Positions 55,040-64,000 of a stretch of 64,000 bases of DNA are shown piece after piece. The position numbers and the translations under genes were made by a program. Every line of letters begins with the position of its first letter. The first letter of the stretch is position 1. Below the pieces are notes generated by a model that saw nothing but the letters and a program-made list of their open reading frames with translations, had not been told where the DNA came from and made no database searches. Origin of the DNA: Octopus sinensis (lineage: Eukaryota); NCBI RefSeq assembly GCF_006345805.1, contig NC_042998.1, forward strand, positions 13,888,001-13,952,000, given 5' to 3'.

Positions 55040-56275
55040 TCAGGTCATCCCATAAGTTCTGTCCGGATTTTGAATCAAGAAATTAAGTGATCAAATGTTA
55101 TATTTAATTGAAATTTAATCATCAATGTACTTTCCTTGATTATCTATGACTTCCTTCCATTTTTTACAAGCTTTTTAATCCCATCAATGTAAAAACTCTT
55201 TTGGTTTCAAAGCGAAGAACTCTGAAATGTCAGTTTCGACCTCCTCCTGGTTTGCAAAAGTTGTGTCCCCCAAACGAGTCTGTAAACTACGAAATAAATG
55301 GTAGTCTGAAGGAGTAAAGTCGGGAGAATAAGGTGGATGAGGAATTTTTTCCCAGCCAAGCTTTTCGATCTTCTGTGATGTGATCTTTGCAGTGTGGGGA
55401 TCACGCATTCTCCTGATAAAATATCACTCCCTTTCGATTCACTGAAGCAGGTCCTTAACGCTCTACTTGCTGACAGTAGACTTTAGGATTGATTGCTGCA
55501 TTAGGTTGTAACAATTCAAAGTGAATTACTCCTTTGTAATCCTACCAGATAGAGATAAGAACCTTTTTTTTTCCATGAAGTTCTCATCTCGGTTGTGTTT
55601 GAGCTTTTTTCCCTTTGACCAAACCACTGTTTACGACGTTTAACATTTCGATAGAAGATCAATTTTTCGTCACCAGTCACAAGTCTATCTAAAACGGGTG
55701 AAATGAGTTCGCGAGAATGGAGAGAATAGCAGATGTCAACTCGGGATTTGCGGTTGCTTTCGGCCAATTCAGGATGCACCCATTTTCCAAGTTTAGAAAC
55801 CTTTTCAAGATGTTGACGATGAACAGTTGCCAATTCTTCAACGGATAATGCAGGATTTTGTTCCTGTAATACCTCAAGGAGCTTATCATGAAACTCAACG
55901 TCCTTTTTGATCTTCATCTTCATGGCTGAAATCTCCAGTTCTGAATTATGCAAACCAGCTTCTGCAAGTTCTTTCATTCAAGCATTCTTTCCAATAAACT
56001 GAGTGTATGTTTCGAGTCGCTTCGGCTGCAGAGTTTCCTTTTTGGTACTCATAAAGCATTATGTGCTTCGAATGCTCTTTGGATCCTTCCATGTTAGAAA
56101 GGGTGTTAATCAAAGAAATTTTAAATCTTTTATTCTGCAAAATAATATTTAATTAGTTTAAATGTACACAAATGCCTAAATATAATTTTTCATTCCATTC
56201 GTCATTATAAAATACTATTAAATTTCATTCAATTTTAAAAAAGTAAAATCGAAGAGAACTTATGGGATGACCTGA
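55040..56275 (-). mobile_element. Full-length mariner DNA transposon (1236 bp)
   Basis: TIR TCAGGTCATCCCATAAGTTCT / AGAACTTATGGGATGACCTGA; TA TSD at 55038-55039 and 56276-56277. Confidence 0.95.
55115..56092 (-). pseudogene. mariner transposase, frameshifted
   Basis: MEGSKEHSKHIMLYEYQKG.., WVHPEL (WVPHEL), VTGDEK, HPPYSPDFTPSDYHLF, WKEVIDNQGKYIDD*. Confidence 0.93.
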
Positions 56276-57088
56276 TATATGTGCCGCATGCTCAGGTATG
56301 TATTTTGAACATCTAAATGGCAATTCATGTATTGCACAAAAGGCATTCGATTAAAGGTACTAATCATCCACTTCCATGAAAATTGATTTGATGGCAAACA
56401 TGCAAGTATATTCTAGAAAATTGCCAAGGGTCTTTCGCCAACTCCATAACTCTGAAATGAATTGAATTATGTAAGACGAGAGAATCTAGTTTTGCTTTCC
56501 TAAGAGATCTACTATTACACAGAAGTGCCGTCCTTATTTCTTTAATGAAAACGGAGCGGGTTAGTATGCGGAGAGGATTACGGCATCGCTCTCATCAGCA
56601 TAAATTATGTGAATATGATAAACGAACCTCATATATACTTCCTCTTTCCTATTGATTAAAAATAAATGCATTTTCTATTGAATTTGATAAATGAGACATG
56701 ATTTGCGGGTTAAATTAAACTGCAATATGTGATCATATTCCACGTTGTAACGTCTTCCCTTTAGTTGTATTGTGAAAAATATCAATGAATATCTTTATTT
56801 TCCTTTCAACACTTCTGAGATCCTTTGTAAAGAGTTTCTAATTCAATATTGGTGTATTTCATACGACATATTATATTAGCTACAATTTTGTCGGCCTTAC
56901 CAAATTTAATTTGCGTCTGACTAGACAAAGAAAACATTTCTTTGTGTATTCATACGATCACTTTATATTACTGGTATATAAATTAATGTGTACTTCGTAG
57001 ATATGAAATAAGACATAAAATCCGGTTTTTCTATATCTATCTATCTCTCTCGGTATCTATCAATCTATCTCTCTATCTATCTCCTTTG

Positions 57089-57121
<33 letters not shown>

Positions 57122-58261
57122 ATATATATATTATATATATATATGTATGTATTTATATGTGTGTATTTATATGTGTGTATTTATATGTGTGTCTGTGTGA
57201 GTGTGTGTGTATACATCTATACATTTATAAATATGTGTATACAATTGTTTGTATATATGTATAAGTACTAAAATAAATATAATGGAAAATAGCAATCAAT
57301 TGGGCGCACAAATCATTCTATTTGCCCTCAGCATTAGTTTGTATGTAAACAGTGATACACAATATTCTTTCTTAATAAGTCAAATCAGTTCAATGAAGAC
57401 ACACAATTCACAAGCACTGCATCACTTGTCACATCTTATTAGCTACGCATAAGATTTGATTTTCAGATTAGCAGCGTAAGCATACTTACTTTTTCTTCTA
57501 TAAAAGTAGAAATCTAATTGACCCAAATGTCTTTTATAATTCCGTCTGAGATATGTGTTTGTTAAAACAATCTCTATTCCATTACTCTGTTTATTTGGTC
57601 TTATTTGATGAAGAGCATCCATGATTTGACTCACTTTTATCAGAAACGTAATTGTAGAAAATCACTAGCTAGGTTAGGATTAACTAATGGATTTATTTTT
57701 ACTTATTACGTATGCTGAACGATGCAGTTTTATTTCTTTGCTTTCTCTGTTCACGAGCACCGTCTTTCGTAAAAGATTCTATTGGAAACGCGACTGGATT
57801 GCTGGTTGTAGTTATTTTCTACAGTTGAATTTAACGATGATTTACGGGAATAAAAGATATCTAAATATTCACTCAATCCACAAGCTGCTATCTTTATCGG
57901 TATGGCATTTATTCATAATTATATAGTAGCAACTATTGTTATCATCAAACAAACAAGCGTTCCTTCGCTTATTTCTCAAGCTCTCCAAAATATTTCTGTT
58001 TATGTTTCATGTATATATATATATATATAATTTATATAAATAAGTATAAGATCGTTATTTAATTGCCTATCTTATCTGGTCAGCATGGGAATAAAAACCT
58101 TCAAAGGACATAATTATTTTTAAAATTATCATTTAGGGTATCTAAGAGATACCACTACGCTGCAAATAGCAGCCGAAACTTGACTTTAAAATCACGTTAA
58201 ATGTTTATAAAGCACCGGGAGAGAAGACAAAGCGACAAAATTAACTAGCAAAAAAATTGCT

Positions 58262-58315
<54 letters not shown>

Positions 58316-58450
58316 ATATATTCAACATACGATTACTTACATATACGAACGTATACATGCATATATATATGTACGGATGCATACAACCAGTATATTCCAC
58401 TGATAAAGGCAAAGCATTTCTTGTGCAGAACCAGAAATTCGGGATCTGGA

Positions 58451-58514
<64 letters not shown>

Positions 58515-58652
58515 ATATATTCAACATACGATATACTTACATATACGAACGTATACATGCATATATATATGTACGGATGCATACAACCAGTATATTCCAC
58601 TGATAAAGGCAAAGCATTTCTTGTGCAGAACCAGAAATTCGGGATCTGGAAT

Positions 58653-58710
<58 letters not shown>
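58262..58710. repeat. Tandem duplication of a ~200-bp unit bounded by (TA)n
   Basis: 58321-58452 nearly identical to 58520-58652. Confidence 0.9.
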
Positions 58711-58715
<5 letters not shown>

Positions 58716-58820
58716 GCACATACATGCATTAATGCACTCGTTTATATATCTACATTTTCATGAAGTCAAAATACGTCTATAACACAACTAAAGTGTTTCA
58801 CTGTTCATCATCAACTCAGT

Positions 58821-59094
58821 GACTTAGCAGTTAGTTTTTTCGGCTCCCAATCATAGGGTCATAAGTTCAATTCCTGGCAACGCGTTGTATCTTTGAACAA
58901 AATATTTCATTTCAAGTTGCTCCAGTCCACCCAGCTGGCTATCATGTGTACTATCTGTATTTCAAAAGCCCCTAAGGGCTATAGTAAGGGTACACGTGTC
59001 TGTGGAGTGCTCGGCCACTTGTACTTTAATTTCACCAGCAGGCTGTTTCCGTTGATTGGATAAGCTGGAACACTTGTCGTAATCGACGGAGTGC
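58821..59094 (+). mobile_element. SINE head D, tail shared with 43976 copy
   Basis: TSD CATCAACTCAGT at 58809-58820 and 59095-59106. Confidence 0.85.
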
Positions 59095-61090
59095 CATCAA
59101 CTCAGTTTTAACACCACTTTAAAATAAATGCCTTCTGCAAAAGAAAAAAGGAAAAGACAGAAATGAACAAACCGAAAATAATATTAGCGCCAATATTCTC
59201 TTTCCTCTAATATCGTGAAAAAGCAAAAGGATATTTAGAATGTTTTTATTAATGTAAATGAATATTTCCTTATTTTTGAAATTAAAATCTTTTTATGGCA
59301 GTAAGCTGGAAGCGATCCTTTCATCCAAACCAAGCGGATACTCAAACCACTCCAGCTTGGATATATACTCCTTATGCTTTGCGATAAAGGGGTTAAATAC
59401 ACTATTAGTAACAGGAGTGATTCGTGGATTCAATCCTAATAAAATACAATTAAAACAATTGCACTCGAAGACGATATGAGAACACGACTATCGAAGCATA
59501 GTGTAAATACGCACAATGCTTTAATCAATAGATTGATCACAGTTACCATCATGTAGTGCAATGACTTTATCGTATCAACTAAGTCATCGAAGCATTATAC
59601 TGTTCTGAAAAGAGCTGTACATCGTTATACCAGATACCTCTCGGTTTGCAAATAGTACAAAACTCACAAATAGTAAATGAATGTATGCACAAGATTGTAA
59701 GAACGGCTATATAATATTATTGAGCAACATGCTTACATTTCTGACGTAACCTCTAGTGATTTCCATCTTTCTTCATATTGGAAGTCTCTGTAATTGGATG
59801 TAACGACAATGAAGAGAAGGACATAGTTTATCATTGATTAGTTTCGTGATGTGGACAGTATATGCTATACCGAGTGTCTTGAGAAAAACCAATATTGAAT
59901 TGGTAAATATATGTTGACAGAAGAGAGAATTACAGAAGAAATCTCTATTCATGAACTCAAAACCATTATTTTATCGCTTTCTAGGTTTACATTTTAACGG
60001 CGAATACGAGAGGCTACTGTAGCTTTAAAAGAAAGAAAATCAAGAAGACAGAAGTGAATAACTGACTTTATCGAATTGACAGGAATAAAATAAAAAAAAA
60101 AATAGAACCTGCAGAAGTGGAATTTGAGCTCAGGAACATGATGCAACTTAACTGCATTTCTGCCTTTTTCACTTCTTAAACATACTACACAAGACGACTT
60201 TTTTTTTTCTTTCGCTTTCTGAAATCGATCTGAAGAAAATGGTTCTAATTCAAAAAAGAAATATCTTAAATTATGGTTATGTCGCATTAAATCATGCTTC
60301 ATAAAAGTGAGAAGGTCGAGGCAATGTGTATTAAATTACGGTCCTGTATGTTATGAGTTCGAAAATATAGCTGGTGTTTCACTGTCTCTGCGCAATAAAT
60401 GTCGTTTGAAAGCGCATTTTTTTTTTTGTTTTTACTAGATATATTTCAAATCATCTTCTAAATGCCCACGTAGCCGGATCCGCTTATAGCATGTCACTTT
60501 TGACCGCTATATTTGATCATGTCCAGAATCCAGTAATACTATCATTTATTTCGTAAGTATATTTGATTACAGACCTGATATTCTGGTAAGCGTGCGGTAG
60601 TTTATTTTACATTTCTACCATGAAGTGAATAAATCCGATACTATATAGACATTGTTCCTGGAGCAATTGCCCCCATTGTGGGCTGTAAATCTGCCTTATC
60701 TTTGACCTTCAATTTGATTCCATTCAAATTGACTTCGTATATGTTTCATTGACGAAACGCACTAGAAGATGCATGGAAATCGTTACTATCATTTTTCCTT
60801 GCTTAAACTAAAATTAAGCTACTCTTATCTCAACGCTAGCTACTGATTGAACATTCACTTTGTTACTCAATCTATATTTATGAGATATGGTTCCTTTACA
60901 TAGCGGTAAATATCTTCTAATAATGTCCTCTCATCGGTTTTGACTGAGAATATATTGACCATTATATATGGGAAAACTCCAGGTATGTCGTAGCTAGAAT
61001 ACCTTTGATTGTACCTTAGTTAAGTGAGAGTCAACGTTGTACTAAATATCACAATATTTGTGTTCTTTTTGTATGTTAAGGATATGTAGA

Positions 61091-61409
61091 GTGGAGGCGC
61101 AATGGCCCAGAGGTTAGGGCAGCGGACTTGCGGTCGGAGGATCACAGTTTCGATTCCCAGACCAGCATTGTGTTTTTTTGAGCGAAAACACATTTAGCTC
61201 GACGAGGCTCCGGCAGGGGGTGGTGGCGACCCCTTTGTACTCTTTCGCCCCAACTTTCTCTCACACTTTCTTCCTCTGTCTTGAGTAACGCTGCGATGGA
61301 CTGGCATCCCATCCAGCTGGGGAGAACCCATACGCCACAGAAACCGGGAAACCGGGCCCATGAGCCTGGCTAGGCTTGAAAAGGGCGCCTAAATAAATAA
61401 ATAATAAGT
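61091..61409 (+). mobile_element. SINE head C with (AAAT)n end
   Basis: GTGGAGGCGCAATGGCCCAG head; TSD ATATGTAGAG on both sides. Confidence 0.9.
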
Positions 61410-61883
61410 ATATGTAGAGGGGTTCCCTTTACGAGATTTCGTGGAGTTAAAAGTATGAGATATATTTCTTCTGAATAGTATACATTTTTTTTTATGGTAG
61501 GAAGGACCTAAAATGTTTCGCAAGCCCTAAAGAAACGCATTAACTTTTACAGCCTTCGTGTTGCCCACCGGTGCATTATTCATCTATACGACCGACGAGT
61601 GAATGAATGAGCTTCTGCTATTTTACTTGAGCTGCTAGAATTAGTTGCCAAATCTTCGTCAGGTTACGAACTTCATCTTCAAAATGAAAGGATACGTTAA
61701 CTAATGTAATCCTTCGTTCATTGAAAACACACGTGAGACCAATATAAGTTGTCCATAAATAATATTTTTCATCGATTAGTATTGCTATATACCTACACAA
61801 CGAATTTGGTGAATCAACGTGGAGGTCATCCCTCTATATATTCGATCAATCTGCAGCCATGTATTTCTAGCTTAATGTGATAC

Positions 61884-62113
61884 CTATTTCTTTATTACAC
61901 ACAAGGGGCTAAACATAGAAGGGACAAAGACAGACATAGGTATTAAGTCGATTACATCGACCCAGTGCGTAACTGGTACTTAACTTATCGACTCCGAAAG
62001 GATGAAAGGCAAAGTCGACCTCGGCGGAATTGGAACTCACAACGTAACGGCAGACGAATTACGGCTACGCATTTCGCCCGGCGTGCTAACGTTTCTGCCA
62101 GCTCGCCGCCTTC
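61884..62113 (-). mobile_element. SINE B, full length
   Basis: Matches 34619/43543 copies; imperfect TSD atgt(g/c)atacc. Confidence 0.9.
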
Positions 62114-62387
62114 ATGTCATACCATACAATCAAACCGGTATTACTAAATTTTTTTCTACCATTACAAGTTTCATCCCTGGTGGTAGAGCAGGTTTGATTT
62201 CAAAGCAGTTTTGATAATCCTAATTTATTGCAGATTTCTTAGTCACTAAATTTAATATGGGAAGGACTAGTGCAATGATTCGAAGTTTATTGAATTCAAA
62301 ATACCAAAATGAAACTTTGATTGTGGAAGTTTAATGGCTTTTACCGAGACTGAAGCAATGACATGGTCATGATATAATTGAATACTA

Positions 62388-62622
62388 AAAAAAGGAAATA
62401 AATGCGCCTTTTTAAAGCCTAGCTAGGCTCATAGGCCCGGTTTCCCGGGCTCCATGTCGTATGTGTTCCCCAGATGGACTCATTTTTGCCAGCTGAGTGG
62501 AGTGGTGCAACGTGAAATGAAGTGTTTTGCTCAAGAACACAACGCGTTGCCCGATCCAAGAATCAAAACCACAATATTACGATTGATGCTGACACCTTAA
62601 CCACTAAGTCACGAGCCTCCAC
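62388..62622 (-). mobile_element. SINE head D with the tail of the 61091 head-C copy
   Basis: TSD AATTGAATACTA at 62376-62387 and 62623-62634. Confidence 0.9.
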
Positions 62623-62905
62623 AATTGAATACTATAGTTTCTTTATTCATTTTTTAATTTAAAAGTCTCCAAACAAAAACGTATCTTAATAAGACTGAAG
62701 AGTATTCCCCTCTTCTGCTTTCATTTTAGGGATTTCCATTCCCTTAGTTTCCCAACTTTTTGAATCAGATGAACATCCATATTTTCATCGATTTTCCTCA
62801 GAAATATCTTTATAAAATCTTTAGCAAAATTACGTTTAGCTAATGGATTTCCTTTCACAAATTACATGTGTCTATAGATACAGATTTTAATCTGTGGCTT
62901 GTGGC

Positions 62906-62941
<36 letters not shown>

Positions 62942-62957
62942 ACCCAAACCCACAAAC

Positions 62958-62980
<23 letters not shown>

Positions 62981-62990
<10 letters not shown>

Positions 62991-63311
62991 TATTCGAGAC
63001 AAAACCACTATTTTGCAAAACAAACAAGGAAAGACTTAATCAATACATAAATTTTAATAAATAGTCAAAAAATTTGACACTGAATTATTGGAAGTCCACC
63101 TGAAGATTGTCGATCAAGACAAGAAACGATTGTAGTGGCGGTTTTTTTTACTATTTATTAAAATTTATGTATTGATTAAGTCTTTCCTTGTTTGTTTTGC
63201 AAAATAGTGGTTTTGTCTCGAATAATATTTTATAATATTTTACTATAAAATCGATTTAATCCTAAATCTGATTTTTTCCCTGTAAATTTGGATTTATTCC
63301 CTAATATTTAT

Positions 63312-63316
<5 letters not shown>
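62981..63316 (+). mobile_element. Palindromic PLE-type insert with hammerhead in the spacer
   Basis: Arms ~62981-63072 / 63142-63234; 3' extension to 63316; (TA)n-CCCAAACCACAAAC-(TA)n repeated on both sides. Confidence 0.85.
63096..63138 (+). ncRNA. Type I hammerhead ribozyme, complete fold
   Basis: CCAC-CTGAAGA-TTGTC-gatcaa-GACAA-GAAAC-gatt-GT-A-GTGG; predicted cleavage after 63134. Confidence 0.85.
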
Positions 63317-63356
<40 letters not shown>

Positions 63357-63357
<1 letters not shown>

Positions 63358-63807
63358 CCCAAACCACAAACTATATATATATATATATATATATGTATAT
63401 GTATATATATCTATATTTATCCATATATATGTGTATCTTTAGGATTAAATAAAATGACAACAAACACAAAAATTACATATATGTACTTTGAAAAAAACGA
63501 CTAGAAAATAATTAGTTGCCACACGTTTTCTTTTTCATTACATATATAGGTAGCTTATATTTTCCCTTTATGGTCTTTGTATTTAATCCGGAATATATTT
63601 ACATAAGGCACACACTCACTATATTTTTTACCTATGCATATATATATTCACATATATATGTGTGTGTGTGTGGTGTGTGTAATAGATATATTTATGCGTA
63701 TGTCTATATATATATGTCTCTATATACTTTACTGAAGAGCAGTAAAATATCACAAAGTCTGTTACTAAACTGTGTGTTTGTGTGTACTATATGTGTGTGT
63801 GTATATA

Positions 63808-63863
<56 letters not shown>

Positions 63864-64000
63864 CAAACCACAAACATATATATATATATATATATATGTA
63901 TATGTATATATATCTATATTTATCCATATATATGTGTATCTTTAGGATTAAATAAAATGACAACAAACACAAAAATTACATATATGTACTTTGAAAAAAA
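63357..64000. repeat. ~504-bp tandem duplication running off the window
   Basis: 63357-63498 is repeated at 63861-64000. Confidence 0.85.

Noticed and set aside
59320-59397. piggyBac-like end GGGGTTAA
   Set aside because: No matching left TIR found

Overview
AT-rich, microsatellite-dense, essentially non-coding eukaryotic DNA (intron or intergenic). The SINE repertoire and repeat density suggest an Octopus genome (inference). No intact protein-coding gene is recognisable, and nearly all ORFs in the track are (TA)n/(CA)n/(AAT)n artefacts. The window is a mosaic of mobile elements: (i) four tRNA-derived SINE head types (labelled A-D here, about 35 copies, many with 10-22 bp target-site duplications, some with swapped tails or internal multimers); (ii) a full-length but dead mariner (TIRs plus TA TSD) and a second Tc1/mariner-superfamily fragment; (iii) fossils of CR1-like and R4/Dong-like LINEs and a Penelope-like element (PLE) GIY-YIG domain. 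The most striking signal is a set of short, mostly head-to-head palindromic inserts, usually embedded in (TA)n. They carry type I hammerhead ribozyme (HHR) folds of at least five unrelated sequence families. One family combines a Pol III tRNA-like head, an (AAT)n linker and a PLE-type HHR tail, making it a candidate ribozyme-bearing, Penelope-mobilised SINE/retrozyme system. All calls were made by eye; coordinates of degenerate elements are approximate.
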